From Piscinibacter sp. (GTDB taxonomy: Bacteria > Pseudomonadota > Gammaproteobacteria > Burkholderiales > Burkholderiaceae_C), in NCBI RefSeq assembly GCF_017983795.1, contig NZ_JAGOAS010000003.1: a DNA stretch of 64,000 nucleotides. The stretch is one strand, 5' to 3'. Position numbers and translations under genes: made by a program. Numbering within the stretch: position 1 is the first letter of the stretch; each line of letters opens with the position of its first letter. The notes under the pieces were generated by a model. The model made no database searches, was not told where the DNA came from, and was given only the letters and a program-made list of their open reading frames with translations. Of this stretch, positions 9,171 through 18,786 are shown in pieces.

Positions 9171-9239
9171 TGCACGAAATGATCGCATTCAAATGATGTA
9201 AATGATTCATATGGCGAATTGCGTGATCAAATTCGCCGC

Positions 9240-10736
9240 ATGCCTACATCGCCTCAATCCGACCCCCTGACCGACCTGATGGATCGGTTGAGCCGGCAGC
9301 CGGACCTGCCGTCGCTGCCCTCGCTGATGCCCGAGGTGCGGCGTCTGGCGCGTTGCGAGCGCTCGCGGGTGCAGGCGCTGTCGGCCGTGCTGCTCAAGGA
9401 CCCGGGCTTGAGCCAGCGGCTGCTGAGGCTCGTGAATGCCTCGTTCTACCGGACGGCCGGGGCGGGGCAGATCGTCACCATCACCCGTGCCATCGCCGTG
9501 ATGGGCTTCGATGCCGTGGGGCGGCTGGCCGTGGCCGCACGGCTGATCGACGCGCTGCTGCAGCGCGATGCCTCCATGGACCTTCGCGAAGACTGCCTGC
9601 GGGCGCTGCTGGCCGCGATGCTCGCCGACCAGCTCGCCGAGGGCCGCCGCGACACCGAGGATGCCTACCTCGCAGCACTGTTCCGCAACCTGGGGCGGAT
9701 GCTCGTCGCCTTGCATCTGCCGCAAGCCCGGCGCAGCGCACGGTCGGCCGTGCCAGCCGACCGCTGGCCATGCAGCGACGAGGAGGACGCGGCCGCCCGC
9801 CGGCCACTCGGCCAGGCCTTCAGCGAGATCGGCCAGCGACTCGCGGGGCAGTGGGGCTGGCCGCCGCTGCTGGCGCAGAGCATGGTGCGCGATGCCGGCG
9901 CGGGGCGCTTCGGCACGCCGGCCCTGGCCGCCCTGGCCGACGACCTTGCCGACCTGCTGCTGCGGCGCCCGAGCGAACAGTGGCCCGCGGCGTGCCACGC
10001 GCTCGTGCGCCACCCGGAGGGGCCGGGCGTGGCGCGCCTCGAGGCGGCGTTGGGCTGGGCGCGCCTGCGCGTGCCCGACCTCGCGGCGCTGCTCGAGCTG
10101 CCGCTGAGCCGCTTTCCCGCCTGGGGTGGTCGGGGCCAGGCGGCCGCGGCCGATGCGGGGCGCGTCGGCGATCACGATGCCATCGCTCCGGCCGATCAGG
10201 AGACGGTGGCGCCGGAAGGCCCTGCCGAGCTGATGAGCCAGGCCATCCAGGATCTCAGCGCCGCGCTGGTCGAAGGCGGCGATGCTCTCGAGAGCGCGCC
10301 GGCGCTCGCGCTGGAGGCACTCTGGCGCGGGCTCGATGCGCGCGCGGCGCTGCTGTGCATACGCCGCCCCGACGGCTCGCTGCACGGCGCCATGACCTTG
10401 ATGCAGGGCCGGCTGCCCGACTGGCATGCGCACTGCCGGGTCGATCCCGACAAGGGCGACGATCTCTTCGCGCTGCTGTGCCGCCGCGGCGTCGACACGG
10501 CCATCGAGGACGCGCGCGAGCCGCGCATCGCGCAACGTCTGCCGGGCTGGTTCCGCGCCGGGCCCGACGCGCGCCGCTTCATGGTGCTGCCGATGCACTC
10601 GCGCGGCGTGCCGCTCGGCATGATCTACCTGGATGCCGACGCCGAAGCGCAACTGCGGCCCGATGCCCACCGGCTGCGCCTCGCGCGCAGCCTGCGCAAC
10701 CAGCTGATGCTGGCCCTGCCCGCGCCGTCGGGCTGA
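9240..10736 (+). CDS. HDOD plus GAF-like domain protein (kinase-less paralogue of 6455-8863)
   Basis: The HDOD-like N-terminus includes LPSLPSLMPEVRRLA...LLKDPGLSQRLLRLVNASFY. The C-terminus aligns with the kinase GAF region (DLFALLCRRGVDTAIEDA vs DLFALVCAKGADTLISDA; GVPLGMIYLDA vs GAPFALIYADK; SLRNQLMLA vs TLRNQAVMA). I chose ATG 9240 over the in-frame TTG at 9219 given in the track. Confidence 0.8.
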   Translation: MPTSPQSDPLTDLMDRLSRQPDLPSLPSLMPEVRRLARCERSRVQALSAVLLKDPGLSQRLLRLVNASFYRTAGAGQIVTITRAIAVMGFDAVGRLAVAARLIDALLQRDASMDLREDCLRALLAAMLADQLAEGRRDTEDAYLAALFRNLGRMLVALHLPQARRSARSAVPADRWPCSDEEDAAARRPLGQAFSEIGQRLAGQWGWPPLLAQSMVRDAGAGRFGTPALAALADDLADLLLRRPSEQWPAACHALVRHPEGPGVARLEAALGWARLRVPDLAALLELPLSRFPAWGGRGQAAAADAGRVGDHDAIAPADQETVAPEGPAELMSQAIQDLSAALVEGGDALESAPALALEALWRGLDARAALLCIRRPDGSLHGAMTLMQGRLPDWHAHCRVDPDKGDDLFALLCRRGVDTAIEDAREPRIAQRLPGWFRAGPDARRFMVLPMHSRGVPLGMIYLDADAEAQLRPDAHRLRLARSLRNQLMLALPAPSG

Positions 10737-10745
10737 GACCTCGGC

Positions 10746-11870
10746 TCAGCGCAGCTGCAGCGCGTCGTCGCCCCACTCGATGCCCAGCGGTTCGACGATC
10801 AGGCGCTTCGCGCCGGCCTCGACGCGGCCCGCGATCATCGCGGCCACGCCCTGCGCCTGGGCGATCTCGACGCAGCGTTGCGCCTCTTCCTGCGCGACGA
10901 AGAGTGCAAAGCCGGCGCCCATGTTGAGCGTGCCGTAGGCCTCGTGGTCGTCCTGGCGCGCGTGCTGCTGGATGAACTTCAGCACCGGCGGCACCGGCGG
11001 CACGGCGTGGACGCGGTAGGACAGCGTGGCCGGGTGGCGCAGCAGCTTGCGCCAGCCGTGGCCGGTGATGTTGGCGCAGTAGTGCGGCACGATGCCGGCC
11101 TTGGCGAGCGCCTCGGTGACGGGCGAATACAGCGTGGTCGGTGCGAGCAGCGCCTCGCCGTAGCTGAGGCCCTTCGCCACCTCGGTGAGATAACCCTGCG
11201 GCAGCCGCTCCACCAGCTTGCGCGCCAGGCTCAGGCCGTTGGCGTGGATGCCGCTGGAGGCCAGCAGCACGATGGCGTCGCCGGCGCCGAGCTTGTCGCC
11301 CAGCGAGAGCCGCGCCTTCGGATTGACGATGCCGGTGCAGCTGGCGGCGAGGTCGATGCGGCCGGCCTCGACGATGCCCGCCAGCGCCGGCGTCTCGCCG
11401 CCGCCCCAGGCCACGCCGCAGGTGTCGCAGGCCTTCTTCCAGCCGGCCACCAGGGCCTGCGCGCGCTGCGCGTCGCCGAACCAGTCGCTGCCGCCGGCGG
11501 CCCAGTAGGCCTGCACCACCAGCGGCGTCGCGCCGACGGTGATGAGGTCGTTGATCGCCATCGCGATGGTGTCCTGCGCGATCGCGTCGTAGAAGCTGCG
11601 GCCGGTGAGCGCCTTCATCTCGTCGGCCACCAGCGCCTTGGAGCCCAGGCATTCGACGATGCTCGCCAGATAGAACGGCCCGACGTCGAGCACATAGGCC
11701 GATTCGCCGCGCGAGGCCGGCACTTCGGCGAAGCCGTGCGCGGCCAGGTTGACGGCGGTGGCGGCGGCGGCGCGCTGCGCGGCCACCTTGAGCGGGTCGA
11801 TCAGGTCGTAGTTGACGCCGGCCTGTTCGTAGCTGAGCGTGCTGGAGTCGGGGCGGGCGGCGTCGGTCAT
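10746..11870 (-). CDS. AIR synthase-related (PurM-like superfamily) protein
   Basis: Opens with LSYEQAGVNYDLIDPLK and has a PurM-type core (GGGETPAL, NITGHGWRK, NMGAGFALFV). It differs from the canonical betaproteobacterial PurM N-terminus (YKDAGVDIDAG). Confidence 0.7.
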   Translation of the reverse strand: MTDAARPDSSTLSYEQAGVNYDLIDPLKVAAQRAAAATAVNLAAHGFAEVPASRGESAYVLDVGPFYLASIVECLGSKALVADEMKALTGRSFYDAIAQDTIAMAINDLITVGATPLVVQAYWAAGGSDWFGDAQRAQALVAGWKKACDTCGVAWGGGETPALAGIVEAGRIDLAASCTGIVNPKARLSLGDKLGAGDAIVLLASSGIHANGLSLARKLVERLPQGYLTEVAKGLSYGEALLAPTTLYSPVTEALAKAGIVPHYCANITGHGWRKLLRHPATLSYRVHAVPPVPPVLKFIQQHARQDDHEAYGTLNMGAGFALFVAQEEAQRCVEIAQAQGVAAMIAGRVEAGAKRLIVEPLGIEWGDDALQLR

Positions 11871-11935
11871 GGGGCGCGATTATCGGCCAGCCGATGCGCC
11901 GGCCCGGGCGGAGGGCGGCCCGTAGAATGAAGCGC

Positions 11936-13702
11936 ATGAGTTATCTCGTGCTTGCCCGCAAGTACCGGCCGCGCAGCTTCGAGGCGATGGTCGGGCAGGA
12001 GCACGTCGTGCAGGCGCTGGCCAATGCGCTCACGCAGCAGCGGCTGCACCACGCCTATCTGTTCACCGGCACGCGCGGCGTGGGCAAGACGACGGTGTCG
12101 CGCATCCTCGCCAAGTCGCTCAACTGCACCGGGCCGGACGGGCAGGGCGGCATCACCGCGCAGCCCTGCGGCGTCTGCGATGCCTGCCGCGACATCGACG
12201 CCGGCCGCTTCGTCGACTATGTCGAGCTCGACGCGGCGAGCAACCGCGGCGTCGAGGAGATCTCGCAGCTGCTCGACCAGGCCGTCTACAAGCCGGTGCT
12301 GGGCCGCTTCAAGGTCTACATGATCGACGAAGTGCACATGCTCTCGAACACCGCGTTCAACGCGATGCTCAAGACGCTGGAGGAGCCGCCCGAGTACCTC
12401 AAGTTCGTGCTGGCCACCACCGACCCGCAGAAGGTGCCGCCGACGGTGCTGTCGCGCTGCCTGCAGTTCAACCTGCGTCCGATGGCGCCGCAGACGGTGC
12501 AGGAGCACCTGGCCGCGGTGCTGGCGCAGGAGCAGATAGCGGCCGAACCCGGCGCGCTGCGCCTGCTCGCGCGCGCCGCGCGCGGCTCGATGCGCGACGC
12601 GCTCTCGCTCACCGACCAGGCCATCGCCTTCGGCGCCGGCGCGCTCGCCGAGGCCGGTGTGCGCCAGATGCTCGGCGCGGTGGACCGCGGCCATGCCGTG
12701 CGCCTCGTGGAGGCGCTCGCGGGCGGCGACGGTGCGGCGCTGATCCAGTCCGTCGACGGCCTGCGTGCGCTGGGCCTGTCGGCCGCCGGAACGCTGGAGG
12801 AGATGGCCGCGCTGCTGCAGCAGATGGCGGTGCAGCAGGCGGTGCCGGGCGCGCTCGATGCGGGCGACCCGGACACGGCCGTGGTCGAGCGGCTCGCCGC
12901 CGCGCTGGCGCCCGACGAGACGCAGCTGCTCTACAGCATCGTCGTGCACGGCCGTGGCGAGCTGGCGTTGGCGCCGGACGAATACAGCGGCCTGGTGATG
13001 GTGCTGCTGCGCATGCTGGCCTTCAAGCCGGCCGGCAGCGGCAGCGCCGAACGCGTCGCGCCGCGGCCGGCCGCGGCGCCGGCGCAAGCAGTGAGTGCCG
13101 CAGCGGCCCGGCCGGCCGCAGTGGCCGCAGCGCCGGCCTTGCGTGTGCCGACGCCGCCACCGGTGGCGCGCTCGCCCGAGCCGCCGCCCTGGGTCGACGC
13201 GCCCGACGAGAACGAGTTCGCCGAGCCGGCCGGCCTGCCGCCGCCGGAGATTCCCGAGCCGCGGCCGCGCGCGGTCGTCGCGACAGTGGCGACGGTGGTG
13301 GCGGTGGCAACCACGCCGCTGGGCGACCGCTGGACGGCGCTGGTCAAGCGTCTCGTCGAGGCCGGCGCGATCAGCGCGCTGGTGCGCGAGCTGGCCATGC
13401 AGTCGGAGTGCATCGGGTTCGACGAGGCCCGCATCGTCCTGCGCGTCGACCGCGAGACGCTGCGCAGCGCCGCCAACGTCGACAAGCTGGGCGCCGCGAT
13501 CACGCAGCTGCTCGGCCGTGCCGTGGCCCTGCAGGTCGAGGCCGGCACGCCCGAGGATTCGCCGGCGCGCCGCGATGCCGCCGAGCGTGCACGGCGCCAG
13601 GCCGAGGCCGAGCAGATCATCGCCGACGACCCGCTGGTCAAGGCCCTGATGGCGCAGTACAAGACCGCGCGCATCGTGCCCGGCTCGATCAAGCCGCATT
13701 GA
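11936..13702 (+). CDS. dnaX: DNA polymerase III subunits gamma/tau
   Basis: Motifs [27 protein letters not shown], the Zn module [10 protein letters not shown], and [12 protein letters not shown]. The start is set at the ATG that gives the conserved N-terminus. Confidence 0.95.
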   Translation: MSYLVLARKYRPRSFEAMVGQEHVVQALANALTQQRLHHAYLFTGTRGVGKTTVSRILAKSLNCTGPDGQGGITAQPCGVCDACRDIDAGRFVDYVELDAASNRGVEEISQLLDQAVYKPVLGRFKVYMIDEVHMLSNTAFNAMLKTLEEPPEYLKFVLATTDPQKVPPTVLSRCLQFNLRPMAPQTVQEHLAAVLAQEQIAAEPGALRLLARAARGSMRDALSLTDQAIAFGAGALAEAGVRQMLGAVDRGHAVRLVEALAGGDGAALIQSVDGLRALGLSAAGTLEEMAALLQQMAVQQAVPGALDAGDPDTAVVERLAAALAPDETQLLYSIVVHGRGELALAPDEYSGLVMVLLRMLAFKPAGSGSAERVAPRPAAAPAQAVSAAAARPAAVAAAPALRVPTPPPVARSPEPPPWVDAPDENEFAEPAGLPPPEIPEPRPRAVVATVATVVAVATTPLGDRWTALVKRLVEAGAISALVRELAMQSECIGFDEARIVLRVDRETLRSAANVDKLGAAITQLLGRAVALQVEAGTPEDSPARRDAAERARRQAEAEQIIADDPLVKALMAQYKTARIVPGSIKPH

Positions 13703-13721
13703 TTTTCAAGGAGCATCCACC

Positions 13722-14048
13722 ATGATGAAGAACCAGCTGGCCGGCCTGATGAAGCAGGCCCAGGCGATGCAGGACAACCTGAAGAAGGCGCAGGAGGAAC
13801 TCGCCGGCATCGAGGTCGAGGGCCAGTCGGGCGCCGGCCTCGTGAAGGTGACGATGACCTGCAAGCACGACGTCAAGCGCGTCGCCATCGACCCCAGCCT
13901 GCTCGCCGACGACAAGGACATGCTGGAAGATCTGGTGGCCGCCGCCTTCAACGATGCGATCCGCCGCGCCGAGGAAGTCAGCCAGCAGAAGATGGGCAAG
14001 CTCACCGCCGGCATGCCGCTGCCTCCCGGCATGAAATTCCCGTTCTGA
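13722..14048 (+). CDS. ybaB: YbaB/EbfC family nucleoid-associated protein
   Basis: 108 aa, with [19 protein letters not shown] and [11 protein letters not shown]. It sits in the conserved dnaX-ybaB-recR order. Confidence 0.95.
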   Translation: MMKNQLAGLMKQAQAMQDNLKKAQEELAGIEVEGQSGAGLVKVTMTCKHDVKRVAIDPSLLADDKDMLEDLVAAAFNDAIRRAEEVSQQKMGKLTAGMPLPPGMKFPF

Positions 14049-14055
14049 TCCGCAC

Positions 14056-14643
14056 GTGTCCGGCTCGTCTCTCGACGCGCTGATCGACGCGCTGCGCCGC
14101 CTGCCGGGCGTGGGCGTGAAGTCGGCGCAGCGCATGGCCTTCCATCTGCTGCAGCACGACCGCGAGGGCGCGCAGCGCCTCGCGCAGGCGCTGCAGGCGG
14201 CCTGCAGCAGCGTGCGCCACTGCGAGCGCTGCCACACCTTCACCGAGGCGCCGGTGTGCGACATCTGCCGCGACCCGCAGCGCGACGCACGCCTGCTCTG
14301 CGTGGTCGAGACGCCGGCCGACCAGGCGGCGCTGGAGCGCACCGGCAGCTACCGCGGCCTGTATTTCGTGCTGATGGGCCGCATCAGCCCGCTCGACGGC
14401 CTGGGCGCGCGCGACATCGGCGTCGGCGAACTGCTGCAGCGCGCCGGCGACGGCCTTACCGAGGAGGTGATCGTCGCGACCAACTTCACCGCCGAGGGCG
14501 AGGCCACGGCGCACGTGATCGGCGAAGCGCTCAAGGCGCGCGGCCTGAAGGTGACAAGGCTGGCGCGCGGCGTGCCGATCGGCAGCGAGCTCGAATACGT
14601 CGACCTCGGCACCATCGCCCATGCGCTGAGCGACCGGCGCTGA
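14056..14643 (+). CDS. recR: Recombination protein RecR
   Basis: [16 protein letters not shown], a Cys4 zinc finger (CERCHTF...CDICRD) and a Toprim region. Confidence 0.95.
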   Translation: MSGSSLDALIDALRRLPGVGVKSAQRMAFHLLQHDREGAQRLAQALQAACSSVRHCERCHTFTEAPVCDICRDPQRDARLLCVVETPADQAALERTGSYRGLYFVLMGRISPLDGLGARDIGVGELLQRAGDGLTEEVIVATNFTAEGEATAHVIGEALKARGLKVTRLARGVPIGSELEYVDLGTIAHALSDRR

Positions 14644-14664
14644 GCCGCCGTCGCGTCCGTCAGC

Positions 14665-16284
14665 TCACTTGCGCGCGCGCTTCTTCGGCGCTGCCGTGGC
14701 CTTCTTGGCTGCGCCGCTCTTGGCGCGGGTGGTCTTGCTGCCGCCCGCCTTCGCCGTGGACTTCGCGGCGGCGGCCTTGGCCGGCCGGTGCGCCACATAG
14801 ACGACGATGGCCTGCCCGGGGCGGAAGCTCGAGCCGGCGCTGACACCGTTCCACTGCGCCACCTGGGCGGCGCTGACGCGATAGCGCTTCGCGACGCTGG
14901 CCACGCTGTCGCGCTTGCCGGCCTTGAGCGAGACGCGGCGCAGCGAGGGGCCGTCGGGCGCCAGCGCCATGGTGGCGTTCTCGGCCAGATGCTCGGACAC
15001 ATCGGCCTCGCGCTGCGGGCTGCGCGCCACCAGCAGCGTGGAGCCGGCCTTGACCAGCATGCGCGGCGGGATGTGGTTCACCTCGCGCAGATCGTCTTCC
15101 TGCATGCCCACCAGCCTGGCGGCCTCGGAGGGCTTGAGCGTCTTGGGCGCGACCCAGGCCGTCCAGCTGGCGAAGGGCCCGCGGTGCGCCGGCACGGCAC
15201 GCACGAACTGGTTGGCGTTGTCGTAGGGCAGCAGCACCTGCGGCGTACCGGCGGCGAGGATCACCGGCTTGTTCATCTGCGGGTTGAGGGCGCGGAACTC
15301 GTCCAGCGGCAGTTGCGCGAGCCGCGCGGCCAACGCCACGTCGATGTCGCGCTCGATGCCGACGGCCACGAAGTACGGGTGGTTGGCCAGCGGCGGCAGC
15401 GTCAGGCCGAACTCGGCCGGCCGCGCGACGATGTTCTTCACCGCCTGCAGCTTGGGCACGTACCAGCGCGTCTCGGCCGGCATGCGCAGGCTCTCGTAGT
15501 TGGTGGCCAGGCCGGCGCGGCGGTTCTTGGCGATGGCGCGCTGCACGTTGCCCTCGCCCCAGTTGTAGGCCGCCAGCGCGAGGTGCCAGTCGCCGAACAT
15601 GCCGTGCAGGCGCTCGAGGTAGTCGAGTGCGGCGCGCGTCGAGGCCAGCACGTCGCGGCGGTCGTCGCGGAAGACGTTCTGGCGCAGCTCGAAGGTGCGG
15701 CCGGTGGCCGGCATGAACTGCCAGATGCCCGAGGCCTTGGCCGACGACAGCGCCTCCGGGTTGAAGGCGCTCTCGATGAAGGGCAGCAGCGCGAGCTCGG
15801 TGGGCAAGCCGCGCTTCTCGACCTCCTCGACGATGTGGAAGAGGTAGCGGCTGCCGCGGTCGGTCATGCGCTGCACATAGTCGGGCCGCTCGACGTACCA
15901 GCGCTCGCGGTTGCGCACCAGATCGCCGTCGAGGTCGGAGAGCACGAAACCCTTGCGCACGCGCTGCCACAGGTCGACCTGCGCGGCGCGGGCGTCGAGA
16001 TCCAGCGGCACGTCGGGGCGCAGCGGGTCGACCGCGGCAGGCGTTGGCGCCGGGCCTTCGGGTTCGGCGGGCGTGCTCGCGGCAGCGGCCGGTACGGCGG
16101 GCACGACGGCGGAAGCCGCCGGCTCGGCCGGCGCGGGCGCGGTCGATGCGCTGGCAACCGTGCTGCCCGTGTCGAGCGCGCCGGCCGGCGCCGTGCCGGA
16201 GGGCACGGTGGTGGCGCAACCCGCCAGCGCGGCCAGCATCAGCCAGGTGAGGGCGGACGCGGCCGCGTGTGCGAATCGGATCAT
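14665..16284 (-). CDS. Lytic murein transglycosylase with LysM repeat(s), MltD-like lipoprotein
   Basis: The start at 16284 gives a lipoprotein signal (MIRFAHAAASALTWLMLAALAGC). It has an SLT catalytic region (ESAFNPEALSSAKASGIWQFMPATG), a LysM-like segment and a Lys-rich tail. The start overlaps the gloB stop (ATGA on the minus strand at 16281-16284). Confidence 0.85.
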   Translation of the reverse strand: MIRFAHAAASALTWLMLAALAGCATTVPSGTAPAGALDTGSTVASASTAPAPAEPAASAVVPAVPAAAASTPAEPEGPAPTPAAVDPLRPDVPLDLDARAAQVDLWQRVRKGFVLSDLDGDLVRNRERWYVERPDYVQRMTDRGSRYLFHIVEEVEKRGLPTELALLPFIESAFNPEALSSAKASGIWQFMPATGRTFELRQNVFRDDRRDVLASTRAALDYLERLHGMFGDWHLALAAYNWGEGNVQRAIAKNRRAGLATNYESLRMPAETRWYVPKLQAVKNIVARPAEFGLTLPPLANHPYFVAVGIERDIDVALAARLAQLPLDEFRALNPQMNKPVILAAGTPQVLLPYDNANQFVRAVPAHRGPFASWTAWVAPKTLKPSEAARLVGMQEDDLREVNHIPPRMLVKAGSTLLVARSPQREADVSEHLAENATMALAPDGPSLRRVSLKAGKRDSVASVAKRYRVSAAQVAQWNGVSAGSSFRPGQAIVVYVAHRPAKAAAAKSTAKAGGSKTTRAKSGAAKKATAAPKKRARK

Positions 16285-17051
16285 CGGAACTCGTTCTTCC
16301 AGCGGCGCAGGGCCGCGAACACCTCGGCGCCGGCCGTGCTGGCCGCGCCGTGTGCGCGGGCCGAGGCGATCACCTCGGGTTCGGCGCAGCGCAGGAATGG
16401 ATTGACGGCGCGCTCGAGGGCGATGCGCGAAGGCAGGGTCGGCCGGCTGGCAGCGCGCATCGCGTCGCACTCGGCTTGGTAGCGCGCCAGCGCGGCATTG
16501 CCGGGCTCGACGGCACGCGCGAACTTCAGGTTGGACAGCGTGTACTCGTGCGCGCAGCACACGCGCGTCTCGCCGGGCAGCGCGGCGAGCCTGGCGAGCG
16601 AGGCATGCATCTGCTCGGCCGTGCCTTCGAACAAGCGGCCGCAGCCGCCCGAGAACAGCGTGTCGCCGCAGAAGAGCAGCGGGGCGCCGTCGCGCCCCGC
16701 TTCAAAGTAGGCGATGTGCCCGGCGGTGTGCCCAGGGACGTCGATCACCGTGAAACTCAGCCCCAGCAACTGCACCTTGTCGCCATCGGCGAGAGGCACG
16801 AAGGGTGCCGGGATGGACTCGCTGCGCGGGCCGTAGACGGCGCCCTTCAGGCGCGGCCGCAGCTCATCGACGCCGCCGACATGATCGCCGTGATGATGCG
16901 TCACTAGAATGGCCGCCAGCGCCAGCTGCCGCTCGTCGAGCGCCGCCAGCACCGGCGCCGCGTCGCCTGGATCGACGACCACCGCATCGGTGCCGTCGTG
17001 CAGCATCCAGATGTAGTTGTCGGTGAAGGCGGGCAGGGCGATCAGATCCAT
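16281..17051 (-). CDS. gloB: Hydroxyacylglutathione hydrolase (glyoxalase II)
   Basis: Has the THHHGDHVGG metallo-beta-lactamase motif, FTDNYIWML and HTAGHIAY. Length is 256 aa. Confidence 0.9.
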   Translation of the reverse strand: MDLIALPAFTDNYIWMLHDGTDAVVVDPGDAAPVLAALDERQLALAAILVTHHHGDHVGGVDELRPRLKGAVYGPRSESIPAPFVPLADGDKVQLLGLSFTVIDVPGHTAGHIAYFEAGRDGAPLLFCGDTLFSGGCGRLFEGTAEQMHASLARLAALPGETRVCCAHEYTLSNLKFARAVEPGNAALARYQAECDAMRAASRPTLPSRIALERAVNPFLRCAEPEVIASARAHGAASTAGAEVFAALRRWKNEFR

Positions 17052-17862
17052 GGCGCAGAGCGATCGAATTATAGGTTTGACCTCCTGGCTCGCGACGCCG
17101 GCGGGGCGTTACCTGCTCGACTGGGAACAGCAGCACCTGGATCAGGCCGTGGCCGACGTATTCGGCTTCCACGCCCTGCAGCTCGGCCTGCCCGAACTCG
17201 ATGCGCTGCGCAGCAACCGCATGCCGCACCGCTGGGTGGCGAGCGACGAGCGCGCCGCGCCAATCGTGACCGATGAAGCCCTGCCGCGCGCCGCGCTGGC
17301 GCTGCAGCTCGACTACGACGCGCTGCCCTTCGACAGCGCCAGCCTCGACCTGGTCGTGCTGCCGCACACGCTCGAGCTCGCGCAGGATCCGCACCAGACG
17401 CTGCGCGAGGTCGAGCGCGTGCTGCGCCCCGAGGGCCGCGTGGTGGTGGTGGGCTTCAACCCGGCCAGCCTGTGGGGGCTGCGCCAGCGCCTCGGCCGCC
17501 TGCGCCTCGGCGTGGGCCTGGCCAGGCGGCAGCCGCTATTCCTGCCGCCCAGCGGCGAGTTCCTCGGCTACCGGCGCCTGCGCGACTGGCTGCGGCTGCT
17601 CAGCTTCGAGGTCGAAGCGGGCCGCTTCGGCTGCTATCGCCTGCCGGTGGCCTCCGAGCGCTGGCTGCAGCGCTGTGCCTGGATGGACGAGCAGGGCGAG
17701 CGCTGGTGGCCGGTATTCGGCGCGGCCTACTTCGTGGTCGCCGTCAAGCGCGTGCGCGGCATGCGCCTCGTCGGGCTGGCGCGCGAGCAGCGCCAGCGCG
17801 CCAAGGCCGGCGCGGTGGTGGCCACGCACAAGCGCCGCGAGCGCGAGGAAGAAACCGCATGA
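17050..17862 (+). CDS. Class I SAM-dependent methyltransferase-like protein
   Basis: This is the conserved gloB-divergent gene preceding rnhA, with [40 protein letters not shown]. The start is uncertain; ATG 17050 was chosen over 17017. Confidence 0.65.
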   Translation: MAQSDRIIGLTSWLATPAGRYLLDWEQQHLDQAVADVFGFHALQLGLPELDALRSNRMPHRWVASDERAAPIVTDEALPRAALALQLDYDALPFDSASLDLVVLPHTLELAQDPHQTLREVERVLRPEGRVVVVGFNPASLWGLRQRLGRLRLGVGLARRQPLFLPPSGEFLGYRRLRDWLRLLSFEVEAGRFGCYRLPVASERWLQRCAWMDEQGERWWPVFGAAYFVVAVKRVRGMRLVGLAREQRQRAKAGAVVATHKRREREEETA

Positions 17863-17971
17863 CGCAATCGGTATTGGCGCGGTTCCAGCGGGCCGAGCGC
17901 CGGGCCGCTCCCAAGCCGGCCCGCATCCCCTCGGGGGATCGGCCGATGTACCCATCGGACGAGGGGTTGTC

Positions 17972-18418
17972 ATGATCCAGCGGCCGCACGTGACCATTTA
18001 TACCGACGGCGCCTGCAAGGGCAATCCGGGGCCGGGCGGCTGGGGCGCCTGGCTGTCGAGCGGCGGGCACGAGAAGGAGCTCTGCGGCGGCGAGCCGCAG
18101 ACCACCAACAACCGCATGGAGCTCACCGCGGTGATCGAGGCGCTGGCCTCGCTCAAGCGCACCTGCGACGTCACCGTGCACACCGACAGCGAATACGTGC
18201 GCAAGGGCATCACCGAGTGGATCCACGGCTGGCAGCAGCGCGGCTGGAAAACCGCCGACCGCAAGCCGGTGAAGAATGCCGAGCTGTGGCAGCGCCTGGA
18301 CGCGCTGCGCAAGTTGCATCACGTGCAGTGGCGCTGGGTGAAGGGCCATGCCGGCGACCCCGGCAACGAACGCGCCGATGCGCTGGCCAACCGCGGCGTG
18401 GAATCGATCAGCCGCTGA
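17972..18418 (+). CDS. rnhA: Ribonuclease HI
   Basis: [40 protein letters not shown] and [18 protein letters not shown]. Length is 148 aa. Confidence 0.95.
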   Translation: MIQRPHVTIYTDGACKGNPGPGGWGAWLSSGGHEKELCGGEPQTTNNRMELTAVIEALASLKRTCDVTVHTDSEYVRKGITEWIHGWQQRGWKTADRKPVKNAELWQRLDALRKLHHVQWRWVKGHAGDPGNERADALANRGVESISR

Positions 18419-18433
18419 GGCCGGCCGGAGCGA

Positions 18434-18721
18434 TCAGGCGCGCGCCTTCATCGCCTTGCGCGCCTGCACGAACTCGAAGGCGAACTGCACCGCCTCGGCC
18501 ACCAGGCGCGCGTTGGCGGCGCGCTCCTTCTCGGTGAGATAGAAGGCGAAATCCACCTCGTGGCGGATGTAGCGCGGCGGCAGGCGGTTCAGCGCCACGC
18601 AGGCGATGTCGGCCAGCAGCTCGGGCGTGGCGAGTTGCGGGAAGCGCTTCGCACGGATCTCGACCGCCTCGAAGACGGCACGCTCGTGGAAGTTCTGGAT
18701 CGAGGTGAAATCGGCGCTCAT
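18434..18721 (-). CDS. ComFB-like (late competence development protein ComFB family) small protein
   Basis: 95 aa. NFHERAVFEAV...DIACVALNRLPPRYI resembles the ComFB signature (N..E..V...D..A.ALN.LPP.Y). It is co-directional downstream of nadC. Confidence 0.65.
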   Translation of the reverse strand: MSADFTSIQNFHERAVFEAVEIRAKRFPQLATPELLADIACVALNRLPPRYIRHEVDFAFYLTEKERAANARLVAEAVQFAFEFVQARKAMKARA

Positions 18722-18786
18722 GGCCCGCAGTGTGGGCCGCGCCCGAAGCCGCGATCGATGGAACAGCACTGCTTGCGCGGCGCTGT

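Noticed and set aside
8755-9210. A 151-aa minus-strand ORF in the 8864-9239 intergenic region.
   Set aside because: It overlaps the SRP RNA signature. It has no RBS or motif support, so the region is better explained as ncRNA plus promoter.
11936-13702. A programmed -1 frameshift site in dnaX (gamma/tau), as in E. coli.
   Set aside because: I saw no A AAA AAG-type slippery heptamer or A-run in the gene, so I cannot support it from the sequence.
17017-17049. An upstream start for the methyltransferase at 17017.
   Set aside because: It would extend 35 nt into gloB on the opposite strand and add non-conserved-looking residues. The start remains uncertain.
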